Of a stretch of 64,000 nt of DNA, positions 47,386-56,314 are shown in pieces. Positions within the stretch are counted from its first letter, which is position 1. Every line of letters begins with the position of its first letter. Origin of the DNA: Prosthecobacter sp. (lineage in GTDB: Bacteria > Verrucomicrobiota > Verrucomicrobiia > Verrucomicrobiales > Verrucomicrobiaceae); NCBI GenBank assembly GCA_044355075.1, contig JBIKYV010000003.1, positions 7,324 to 71,323 on the forward strand, given 5' to 3'. The translations under genes and the position numbers were made by a program. The notes beneath the pieces were generated by a model. That model worked only from the letters and a program-made list of their open reading frames with translations, ran no database searches and was not told where the DNA came from.

Positions 47386-48248
47386 TCACGGCCACCATCC
47401 AGCCAACCTTTTCCGCCTGGCGCAGCCAAGCCCGCGAGCTGCTCCAGCGCGGCATTCGCCCCGAGGATGTGGATTGGTGCGATGCCACCCTGACCCCAGC
47501 ACTGCTCATGGAGGAGCCCGCCGTTTACGCCGCCCGGCCGCCCACGGATATCAAGGTGCCTGCTGAGTTCCTGAACCTGGCCACCAGTGTCTGCGCGCAC
47601 ACGGACGCACGCCGCTTCGCCATCCTTTACCGGCTGCTCTACCGGCTCACCTGGGGTGGCGAGCGCCATCTGCTCAGCCATCCCGCCGACCTCGACACGC
47701 GCCAGTGCCAAGTCTGGGCCAAGGCGATCGGGCGCGACATCCATAAAATGCATGCCTTTGTCCGCTTCCGGCTCATCGGGGTCGATGAAGCCACGCAACG
47801 CGAGCAGTTCGTCGCTTGGTTTGAGCCCGAATACCGCATTGTCCAGCTCGCCACCCCATTTTTCCGCAAGCGCTTCGCCAGCATGGTCTGGTCCATTTTG
47901 ACCCCGCATGAATGCGCCCATTGGGATGGCGAGGCGTTGACTTTCAGCCCCGGCGTTTCGAAAAGCGAAGTGCCCGACGCCGACGCGCACGACGACCTCT
48001 GGCGCACCTACTACCGCAGCATCTTCAATCCCGCGCGGCTGAAGGTGCAGGCCATGCAGTCCGAGATGCCACAGAAGTATTGGAAAAACCTGCCCGAGGC
48101 CCAGATCATCCACGAACTGATCTCCAGCAGCGGCGAGCGCATGAAACAAATGATTGCCACACCCGAACGCCCTGTGAAGCCCATGCCAGACAACGCGTAT
48201 CTGAAAAAGCTGCATGACAGAAGCAGGAGTGCGGACGGGGAAGGTTGA
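47382..48248 (+). CDS. DUF4130 / TIGR03915-type putative DNA repair protein, no UDG domain
   Basis: DIHKMHAFVRF, WFEPEY, FFRKRF, WSILTP, WRTYYRSIFNPARL and EMPQKYWKNLPEA. ATGA overlap with the radical SAM stop. Confidence 0.9.
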   Translation: MITATIQPTFSAWRSQARELLQRGIRPEDVDWCDATLTPALLMEEPAVYAARPPTDIKVPAEFLNLATSVCAHTDARRFAILYRLLYRLTWGGERHLLSHPADLDTRQCQVWAKAIGRDIHKMHAFVRFRLIGVDEATQREQFVAWFEPEYRIVQLATPFFRKRFASMVWSILTPHECAHWDGEALTFSPGVSKSEVPDADAHDDLWRTYYRSIFNPARLKVQAMQSEMPQKYWKNLPEAQIIHELISSSGERMKQMIATPERPVKPMPDNAYLKKLHDRSRSADGEG

Positions 48249-48308
48249 GCGTTGGGTGTTTTCCTCGCTGACAGATGGAGGATTCAGCGGTTGTTATGTC
48301 TTCTTACC

Positions 48309-50948
48309 ATGCGCCTGATCGCACTTGCCAGCCTCATTCTTGCTTACCTGCTCACCTGTCTTCCTGTAGCGGCGCAGACCGTTCATCGGGATGCCAAGGG
48401 GCAGCCTTCGCTGTGGGGGGAGTGGGTGGAGCCGGATTTTCCCTTCTTCAGCAGTGTGTTGGACTGTCGCGAACTTGGTGAAGGCTTCCTGCAGGACAAC
48501 CTCACCCCGCGTGGCCTCATCCTGAACCTCGGCCACAACCTTTGGGCCTGCTTTGACACCGAGCTGTTGCGCATCGCTTGCATCTGGGAGAGCGAGCCTG
48601 GCAAACCGCCCATCAGCGCCGCCGCCCTGGCTCCAGGGTCGTATCACATCGCCGGGCAGAAGACGAAAGATGGCCAGGAAAACCTGCCGAAGCCGCTGGG
48701 GAAGATCTGGCTGGCGAACGGGATCTACCCCGGCTGGCAGGTGGGGGACAAACCGAGCTTCACCGACCCTCGTGAGCCTGCGCCGGACAAGGAGGAGGTG
48801 GGGCGGGGGCCATTAGGCCAGTTTCATGCCATTTCTTCTCAAAGGTCTGTTGGCACCGATTTAGAGTATTCGATTGGCAATGTGAGGATCACGGAGTGGC
48901 TGGCGCGAGGTGGGTCTGATAGGAGACATGTGACTCGCTGGTTCCGAATCCCGCCTCATCAAGAAGCTCTGATTGTATATGCAGGTCACTGCGATGAATC
49001 TCTGGACGTGCTTTGTGCGAGTTCCGCTGGCCTGAAGATGCAGCGTGTGAACGGCTTCCAGTTCGTAGCGTTAAGCCCTTCGAGTTCTGATTTTGAATTC
49101 GGCATCAGCATCGGAAAGCACATCGAAGATGGAGAAAGCACTTCTCATCCACACTCAGGGGAAAAGGATCTTTTGTGGCCCCAAACCATCCCCACCCAAG
49201 CCACACTCTCTGCCTCCCCCGAGGGCTACGTCCTCGACTCCATCCCGCTGCCGGTGCCGAATCCTTGGAAGCGGAATGTGCGGCTGGCGGACATCACTTT
49301 CCTCAATGATCATGGCGAGGCGGCAGGTGTGACCTTCGATGGCGATGTCTGGCTCATCTCCGGCCTGAAGGGCGATCTGGAAAACGTGACCTGGAAGCGC
49401 TTTGCGAGTGGTCTGCATGAGCCGATGAGCATTGTCGCGCGAAAGGACGGACTCTTCGTCTTTGACCGCAACGGCATCTGGAAGCTGGTGGACTCCAACA
49501 ACGACCGCGAGTGCGACCGCTATGAGATGTTCTGCAATCTCCCGGCTCAGACGGCGGAGACGCGGGAGTTTCCGAACTCGATGAAGCTGGGGCCGGATGG
49601 GGCGCTCTACATTTCCAAAGGTGGGCAGGAAGGCACCACGCGTGGCAAGCACAACGGCACGGTCATCAAGGTCGCGCCGGATGGGAAATCCTTCGAGGTC
49701 ATCGGCTACGGTCTCCGGCAGCCGTTCATCGGCGTGCATCCGCAGACCGGACTCGTGACAGCGAGCGATCAGCAGGGGCATTACGTGCCCTCCACACCGC
49801 TGCACCTCATCGGCGGACATCGCTTTTACGGCCACCTGCCCACCGTCGCGGAGAAGGAAAAGTATCCCGAAGCCATCGCCGATCCGCTGACCTGGATTCC
49901 GCATCCGGTGAACCCCAGCGGCGTCACGCAGACTTGGCTCGTCGGAGCCAAAATGGGACCGATCAATGACGAGTTGATCCACATCGGCTACAACCGGCCG
50001 GAGCTGTTCCGAGTGCTCATGAACTCACGCTTTAAGAAGCCACAAGCCGCCGTGATGAGCTTCTGGCGTGACTTTGATTTCCCCACGCTGAATGCCCATG
50101 TGAACCCAGCAGACGGACAGCTCTACGTCGTCGGTTTCCAAGTCTGGGGCACCATCGCGCCGAAGCTCAGCGGCCTCGCCCGTCTGCGCTACATGGACAA
50201 ACCGCGAGTGCTGCTGAAGGAGCTTACACCCACCGACAAAGGCGTGCTGTTGCGCTTCAATGCCAAGCTCGATACCAAGCTCGCCACCGATCCCGCCAGC
50301 TACAGCGCCGAGCGTTGGAACTACAAACGCACGCCGGAATACGGCAGCCCGCATCTGAAGCTGGATGGCAGCGCCGGACAGGAATTCATGACCGCCAGCA
50401 GCGCTTACCTGAGTGAGGACGGCCTGAGCGTGCTCGTCGGATTCCCCGACATGAAAGGCGGCGTCAGCCAGATGCGCCTCGGTTGGGGCCTGAAGAGCAC
50501 TGACGGCCTGAAAGCGGAAAACACGGCCTATTTCACCCCCTGGGAACTCGCCAGCTTCGACTCGGTGAAGGAAGGCTTTGGCAAAATCAGCGTCGATCTC
50601 ACCCCACGTGCCGCTGTTGCCGCAGCCACCATGAAACCGACCGCCGAAGAAGGCGCGAGGCTATACCAAATGTTCGGCTGCATGGCTTGTCACAGCACAG
50701 ATGGCAGCCTCGTCGGTAAGGTGGGCCCGAGTTGGAAGGGGCTGTATGGCAGCACGCGCGAGATCGCCAAAGGCATGAAGGGCAAGGTTAAGGCAGATTC
50801 CACATACCTGCGCGAATCTATCGTGAATCCAGGAGCGAAGGTGGTGAAGGGTTTTGAGAAGTTTGACACCGGTATGCCGATTTATGCTGGCATTCTCAAT
50901 GACTCGCAGATTGACAGCCTTATCCTCTTCATTGGGACGCTGAAGTGA
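48309..50948 (+). CDS. DUF6797-type secreted dehydrogenase-like propeller protein with C-terminal cytochrome c
   Basis: Signal peptide, GDVW...WKRFASGLHEP, REFPN...GPDG and GLRQP, plus heme motif CMACH and YLRESIVNPGAKVVKGF...MP. Confidence 0.8.
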   Translation: MRLIALASLILAYLLTCLPVAAQTVHRDAKGQPSLWGEWVEPDFPFFSSVLDCRELGEGFLQDNLTPRGLILNLGHNLWACFDTELLRIACIWESEPGKPPISAAALAPGSYHIAGQKTKDGQENLPKPLGKIWLANGIYPGWQVGDKPSFTDPREPAPDKEEVGRGPLGQFHAISSQRSVGTDLEYSIGNVRITEWLARGGSDRRHVTRWFRIPPHQEALIVYAGHCDESLDVLCASSAGLKMQRVNGFQFVALSPSSSDFEFGISIGKHIEDGESTSHPHSGEKDLLWPQTIPTQATLSASPEGYVLDSIPLPVPNPWKRNVRLADITFLNDHGEAAGVTFDGDVWLISGLKGDLENVTWKRFASGLHEPMSIVARKDGLFVFDRNGIWKLVDSNNDRECDRYEMFCNLPAQTAETREFPNSMKLGPDGALYISKGGQEGTTRGKHNGTVIKVAPDGKSFEVIGYGLRQPFIGVHPQTGLVTASDQQGHYVPSTPLHLIGGHRFYGHLPTVAEKEKYPEAIADPLTWIPHPVNPSGVTQTWLVGAKMGPINDELIHIGYNRPELFRVLMNSRFKKPQAAVMSFWRDFDFPTLNAHVNPADGQLYVVGFQVWGTIAPKLSGLARLRYMDKPRVLLKELTPTDKGVLLRFNAKLDTKLATDPASYSAERWNYKRTPEYGSPHLKLDGSAGQEFMTASSAYLSEDGLSVLVGFPDMKGGVSQMRLGWGLKSTDGLKAENTAYFTPWELASFDSVKEGFGKISVDLTPRAAVAAATMKPTAEEGARLYQMFGCMACHSTDGSLVGKVGPSWKGLYGSTREIAKGMKGKVKADSTYLRESIVNPGAKVVKGFEKFDTGMPIYAGILNDSQIDSLILFIGTLK

Positions 50949-50962
50949 GTCAGAACGCGCGA

Positions 50963-52357
50963 TTAAACCTCCTGCAATTGCAGGCTAAATGCTGTCCAGC
51001 CTAGCAGCAGCCACATTAAGACCTGATAGCCATGAATCAAAAGGCGACTGGCACCTCTTCGGCGCGCGCGGCTGATGAGTGCCTCTGCAGCCCAGGCAAG
51101 GCTGAGGGCGATGGGTAAAATCAGTGCCCGCGCATAGCGCACAGGTAGCACCTGGGCATCCCAGCATGCTGTGATCAAGCAAGCTATGAGTGCTGTAAGG
51201 CTAAAAAGGACCACGGTCGCGGTCTCTGGGTGAAGCTTTTGCCCCGCATGAGTGGCTACGGCGATTCGCGTCTGGAGTAGGATCGTCAATAGGAGCACCA
51301 GCGCCAACATGCCCGCTAGAGGCGGCAGAACGCCTGCCATGGGCCGTGTGAGTAGCCAAGCGCCACGACGTAGGCGCTCAAGGATGCGAGGTAGGCTCTC
51401 GGTCGATAGCGTGTTCGCCATGCTCGGGCGATCCAGCACCGGTATACGCTTTAGGCTCTCGGCATCTTGATGGGTGGCGATCCAGTTTTGCGCAGCTTTG
51501 GCGTCTGAGAGCCAGCGTGCATGGTCAGCGTGGCTGAAGAAAGCCTCGCCAAAGCGCTGATGAGCATCCGCCAATCGCGGTCCAGTCACGACGAGAAAAC
51601 TGGCGATGAGCATTAGCGAGCCTAGCCAATGATTCCGCCACAGCCAGAGTGAGCGACGTGGCTGCACGACAAAATGCGCTGCTGCCCAGCCCCAGATGGA
51701 ACGCATCGTGGCCACGAGTAAAAATACGATGATGATCGGTAAGACCAGCCGCGCCTCGCTGAGCCAAGCAACCGCACCGATGCCACCGATAGCGGCATAG
51801 ACCCATAATGAGTTTTGCCGCATGGCCTGGAGGCAGGCGAGCCAGAGAATGACCAGCGTGATCTGGTGCAGACTCTCTCCGGTGAAGTAAGGCAGCACAG
51901 GCAGCAGCCCATGAATAGCCCCTATCAGCACAATCCAAAGGGCTGCAGGTAGTGAAAAATGCCGCGCGCAGATGATGCCGAGCAGTAGCAAGAATCCGCC
52001 CGCCATGCCGAGCCTGAACAAGGCAGTGCCTTGCATTACGTTCACCAGATCCGTGCCATCTCCCATCCAGGCCGCCATCCATGGCCACAGCGGCTGCACT
52101 AGGCCGTCTGTGCGGTGGGGAATCATGCGTCGGAGTGGTTCGGAAAAGCTCAGGGTGAAGTCTGGGTCCAGATCGGCCTGCGTCATCGACATCAGTTCCA
52201 GATTCTGCATTTCCACCTGGGTTAACTGCGCAGGGTTGCGATGCTGAATCTGAGGAATCGCACGCGCAGCGAAAACACCGAGGATGATTCCCAGCGAGGC
52301 CACCACTGCCAGGCTGCGTAGCCAGGGCAAGCGATGGATTGGGAGTGCAAGAGCCAT
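50963..52357 (-). CDS. Polytopic membrane protein, possibly a GT-C glycosyltransferase-like fold
   Basis: About 11 hydrophobic segments and a periplasmic loop with RTDGLVQPLWPW. Confidence 0.55.
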   Translation of the reverse strand: MALALPIHRLPWLRSLAVVASLGIILGVFAARAIPQIQHRNPAQLTQVEMQNLELMSMTQADLDPDFTLSFSEPLRRMIPHRTDGLVQPLWPWMAAWMGDGTDLVNVMQGTALFRLGMAGGFLLLLGIICARHFSLPAALWIVLIGAIHGLLPVLPYFTGESLHQITLVILWLACLQAMRQNSLWVYAAIGGIGAVAWLSEARLVLPIIIVFLLVATMRSIWGWAAAHFVVQPRRSLWLWRNHWLGSLMLIASFLVVTGPRLADAHQRFGEAFFSHADHARWLSDAKAAQNWIATHQDAESLKRIPVLDRPSMANTLSTESLPRILERLRRGAWLLTRPMAGVLPPLAGMLALVLLLTILLQTRIAVATHAGQKLHPETATVVLFSLTALIACLITACWDAQVLPVRYARALILPIALSLAWAAEALISRARRRGASRLLIHGYQVLMWLLLGWTAFSLQLQEV

Positions 52358-52488
52358 AGGAAGTTGATCTGCCTGAAAGGCGAGTTTTCAGGATACTTCA
52401 ACCCGAATTCTTGAGTTCAATTCGAGGAAAAGAACCTGTGCTGCTTATTGTCAAAGACATGGCGGTTAAGGCAATCACTTTGCTCGCC

Positions 52489-53943
52489 CTACTGGCGCAT
52501 TTGGGCGAAGGCCTCTCCGCCGCGCCGCGCTCCTTCCAGGTAACGTGAAAGGGCCATGAGCTGCTTGGTGATCAGGCTGGCGTCGATTTCATGGCCCTCA
52601 ATCCAGATGCCTTCTGGGGTTTGGCTTTTCAAAGCGCTATGTGCTTTCGCTGCGACACTCTTAGCTTGGCTAGCCCAGCTCTTTTCATTGCTCGGCGCGT
52701 TGCGTTTTTGAAGCAGCTTTTCGCGCGGCTGCTGTAGTTGTTCTTTGAGTTTGGCGAGATCACGGCCGATGTGATCCAACTTGAAGCCATAATGTGTTGG
52801 CAGGTTGTCATCCGCATAGGTGAGTTCGTAGCTGTCCTTCACGAAATAGAGCGGGCGGTTCGTTCGCAGTTCATAAAAGCGAGCGTAGAGTTCTCCAGGC
52901 AGTTTGGAGCGCTCATACCAAGCCAACGCAGCTGTCAGAGGTTTGAGGTATTTTTCATCGCCAGTGACGACCTGTAGCAGGTGCAAGGTCTCCATGGCAC
53001 CCAGGCTTTCGCCACCAGTCACGCAGGGTGGTTCAAACTTGCGTGCCCAGACGGGTTCCATCTCGGTATTGTATTGCTGAGCCCAGACTGGCTGAGGCTC
53101 GGGCATTTGCGCTAGGATGAGAAAGTCGCCGCCTTTTTTCGCGCTAGCGAGGTAGCGCTCGTCTCTCGTCAGTTCATGGGCGCGTAGCAGCAGTTCCACC
53201 GCGCGCTGGTGGTTGCCATCGTTTAGCGTGTAGTAGCTTGTATACTTTTCTTTGGGCCACTGGCGTGACCAATTGGAGGGATAGTGCGCCGCTTGAACGG
53301 GGGTGCTGGGGTCTGCTGGGCCGCTGAATTGCTGGGGCCACGCTCCGTTCGGGTATTGTGCGGCGATCAGGCTATCGAGCCCGAACTTCACGGCCTCCTG
53401 GAGCACGGTATCGTTTTTGCATTCAGGCAGGTAAGCTAGCTCCAGCAAAAAAAGCAGTGCAGATTGGGTTTTGTTGTCATCCAGCGTGCTGGTGTTTTGG
53501 CGTTTCCCGGGGTCGCGATCACCCGACATCTGGGCCTGATGCAGCCAATGGCGAGATGCTTTTGCTTCGGCAAAATCGAAATCATCGGTCCAGCCACCAC
53601 TGGCTAGTTGGCAGGCGATCAGTGCTTTGCCTGCGGCTTTCGCGGCCTCCAAGAATTGGCTATCGCCGCTCGCCTGCCAGGATTTGACCATGGCTAGGCC
53701 GATGGTGGTGGTGCCTGGGGGCTGGATGGAGATGACGGTTTTGGATTGGCTGTGCTCTGTGATGCCATGGGCAAGGTCGCGCGGCCAAGCGGAGGCATAC
53801 CCGCCGTGCACCGCGAGCTTGCTCGTGCAGTAGGTAGCGGCCTTTTTCATCGCATTCAGCACGGCGAAGGGATCGGGCAGAGAATCTTCCGCAATGGCGG
53901 TCAGGGGAGCAGCGATGAGCAGCAGGGTCGGTAGGGTTTTCAT
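52489..53943 (-). CDS. Pectate lyase, PL10 (PelA/Pel-15E) family
   Basis: Signal peptide, TLDDNKT, QYPNGAWPQ, YTLND, WAQQYN and PVWARKFEP. Confidence 0.85.
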   Translation of the reverse strand: MKTLPTLLLIAAPLTAIAEDSLPDPFAVLNAMKKAATYCTSKLAVHGGYASAWPRDLAHGITEHSQSKTVISIQPPGTTTIGLAMVKSWQASGDSQFLEAAKAAGKALIACQLASGGWTDDFDFAEAKASRHWLHQAQMSGDRDPGKRQNTSTLDDNKTQSALLFLLELAYLPECKNDTVLQEAVKFGLDSLIAAQYPNGAWPQQFSGPADPSTPVQAAHYPSNWSRQWPKEKYTSYYTLNDGNHQRAVELLLRAHELTRDERYLASAKKGGDFLILAQMPEPQPVWAQQYNTEMEPVWARKFEPPCVTGGESLGAMETLHLLQVVTGDEKYLKPLTAALAWYERSKLPGELYARFYELRTNRPLYFVKDSYELTYADDNLPTHYGFKLDHIGRDLAKLKEQLQQPREKLLQKRNAPSNEKSWASQAKSVAAKAHSALKSQTPEGIWIEGHEIDASLITKQLMALSRYLEGARRGGEAFAQMRQ

Positions 53944-54009
53944 GAGAAAAAAGCGACGCGCTGGCTAACGCAAGGTGGCTGGGTTTGCTTTCGCCGGAAC
54001 AGAAAGACC

Positions 54010-55200
54010 TCAGCCGTCTTCCTTGCCCTGGGAAGAAGCGCTGCGGCTGCCGGCGCCGATGGTGATGCGCTTCTCAGGGATGGGAGATTCAATGATGCCC
54101 TCGGAGGTTTCTTGCTTCAGCCGCAGTTGTCCGCAAGCCGCCGCGATGTCGTGCCCTTTTTCCAAACGCAGGGTCGCGGTGACACCGCCCGCCCCGAGCG
54201 TGTCGCGAAAGGCGATGCACTGGGCCTCGCTAGGCCGCACCCACGGCAGTCCATCGACTGTGTTGTAGGGGATCAGATTCACGCGTGCATCGATGGCGCG
54301 TGCGCGTTTGGCGAGCAGCCTGGCCTGCTCCAACATGTCGTTTACACCTTGGATCAAAATGTATTCCAGCGTGATCCGCTGCTTCCTTTTGGAGCGCCAG
54401 TATTGCAGGGCTTCGAAGAGCTCTGCGATGTTGTGCTTGTGATTCACCGGCATGATTTGGCTGCGCACTTCATCGCTGGCTCCGTGTAAGGAGATGGCGA
54501 GCCGGATCTGTAGAGGGAAGTCGGCGAGTTTTTTGATCTGCGGGGCTAGTCCACTGGTGCTGATGGTCATGTGACGTGCACCGATGCCGATGCCCCACTC
54601 GGCATTTAGGATTTCGATCGCTTTGACCAAATGGCTGAAATTGGCCAGCGGTTCGCCCATGCCCATGAACACCAGATTGTCCACCCGGTCCTGGGCATGT
54701 GCCTCGGCCTGCACGATCTGCTCGACGATTTCTCCAGCGGTGAGGTTGCGCGTGAATCCGGCCAGGCCGCTGGCGCAAAACTTACAGTCGTAGGCACAGC
54801 CTACCTGACTAGATACGCAGAGAGTTAGGCGATCTGAGCGCCCGCCGTAGAGGGCAGGGTTGGCCGGGATCAGCACTGTCTCTACGTAGCGCCCATCCTG
54901 CAACTTTAGCAGGAGCTTGCGTGTGGTGTCAGTCGAGCCTGTGCTGCTTGCCAAGACCATGCTGCGAATTAGGAAGCGCTCACTCAGCGCTTGGCGCAGT
55001 GGCTTGGATAGGCTGGACATGGATTCCACATCCGGGGCACGTTTTTTGAAGGTCCACTCGACAATCTGCTTGGCCCGAAAGGCAGGCTCGCCCAGGCTGC
55101 GAACGATCTCAGCCACTTCCTCAGGGGTGACGCCGAGCAGGGAGTGGCGGTCCAGAGTCGGGCGGGACGGACTAGGCTGGCTCATCGGCGGCAGGATCAC
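54010..55200 (-). CDS. rlmN: 23S rRNA m2A2503 / tRNA m2A37 methyltransferase RlmN
   Basis: CVSSQVGCAYDCKFC, VFMGMGEP, ISLHG, EYILI, VNLIPYN and DIAAACGQL. Confidence 0.95.
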   Translation of the reverse strand: MILPPMSQPSPSRPTLDRHSLLGVTPEEVAEIVRSLGEPAFRAKQIVEWTFKKRAPDVESMSSLSKPLRQALSERFLIRSMVLASSTGSTDTTRKLLLKLQDGRYVETVLIPANPALYGGRSDRLTLCVSSQVGCAYDCKFCASGLAGFTRNLTAGEIVEQIVQAEAHAQDRVDNLVFMGMGEPLANFSHLVKAIEILNAEWGIGIGARHMTISTSGLAPQIKKLADFPLQIRLAISLHGASDEVRSQIMPVNHKHNIAELFEALQYWRSKRKQRITLEYILIQGVNDMLEQARLLAKRARAIDARVNLIPYNTVDGLPWVRPSEAQCIAFRDTLGAGGVTATLRLEKGHDIAAACGQLRLKQETSEGIIESPIPEKRITIGAGSRSASSQGKEDG

Positions 55201-55580
55201 TCAGCGTGGAAGGCTCGGATGACTTCTTTGACTCTGGGGATGCCCTTGGCGTCCTTGGCGAAGATGATTTTACGCTCGTGATAAAACTGGGTCAGACCCT
55301 TCGGCAGTGCATAGAGCCACTCGGTGTCGTTGTTGCGGCGCTCAAAGGGCACGCCGAGGTGCTGAAAGACTTCTTGGCCTCCCATGCCTGGTTTCACGAG
55401 CGCGAAGTGTCGGTCCGTATACTTCATGGCATAGCGTGTGCCTGATTGGAGAAAGTGGCGGGTGGCCTCCACGGCCTCATTCACCGGATAGCCGTAGCTG
55501 AGGATGTAATAGCCGAGGATCAATGCGGGCATGCCGATGATCGCCAGCGGGGTGAAAAGATACCAGTTTTTACGGAACAT
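55197..55580 (-). CDS. Small membrane-anchored protein with an SmpA/BamE-like domain
   Basis: N-terminal TM helix and VKPGMGGQEVFQHLGVP...WLY. 4 nt GTGA overlap with rlmN. Confidence 0.55.
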   Translation of the reverse strand: MFRKNWYLFTPLAIIGMPALILGYYILSYGYPVNEAVEATRHFLQSGTRYAMKYTDRHFALVKPGMGGQEVFQHLGVPFERRNNDTEWLYALPKGLTQFYHERKIIFAKDAKGIPRVKEVIRAFHAE

Positions 55581-55819
55581 AGTCGATACGATGGGTCTGG
55601 AGAGTCCCGCAGTCGCTGCCTGCCTGCAAGAAGCAAATCCATCCAGAGCAGCAGTTCCGAGCTTCCATGGCTAGAGCCGAGTTTCTCTCATTGAAGGGTA
55701 GGATTGGCGGCAAAATCCGCCATTTTAACCCAGAAAACCTCATTTGAACGCGCAGTATTCGTGCGGGTCTGGCCAAGACTGTGATTGTCGCACCCGCAAG
55801 GCGTGCCTAGATTACGCTA

Positions 55820-56281
55820 ATGAAACTTCATTTCTCAGCCATCGGCCTTGTGGTTCTGATCGTCGGATGTGCTGCTCCTGACCAGGGGGGCGAGACGAGA
55901 CTGCCTGGGCGTAATGTTTTGTCCGAAGCGCAATTGCGTGCAGCTTCTGCGGGAAAGGTGAGTTTTTCAGATCATGTGAAGCCCATTTTGGAGGCCAAAT
56001 GCGCTATGTGCCATAATGCAGTAGCCCAACCCGGTCGAATGAGTCTCGCCAACCAAGCTGAGGCCATCCAAACCGGCACCTTGGGAGCCTGGATCATCCC
56101 AGGCAAGCCCGAGCAGAGCCGATTTATCCATCAACTGGAGTCAGCCCATGCTGAGGTAAAGGCCATGCCGCCTGTCGGGGAAGCATTGACGCATGAAGAG
56201 CGGCTTTTGCTACGCCGATGGATTGCCCAAGGTGCTTTTTGGCCGGCAGGAAAGATGGGCCGACTGATTACAATGCCTTGA
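55820..56281 (+). CDS. Lipoprotein with a planctomycete-type (PSCyt1-like) cytochrome c domain
   Basis: Lipobox IVGC, VSFSDHVKPILEAKCAMCH, IIPGKPEQS, MPP and LRRWIAQGA. Confidence 0.82.
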   Translation: MKLHFSAIGLVVLIVGCAAPDQGGETRLPGRNVLSEAQLRAASAGKVSFSDHVKPILEAKCAMCHNAVAQPGRMSLANQAEAIQTGTLGAWIIPGKPEQSRFIHQLESAHAEVKAMPPVGEALTHEERLLLRRWIAQGAFWPAGKMGRLITMP

Positions 56282-56314
56282 TGCCTTTGCGCCACGTCAT
56301 CTTCCTCGCATTTC

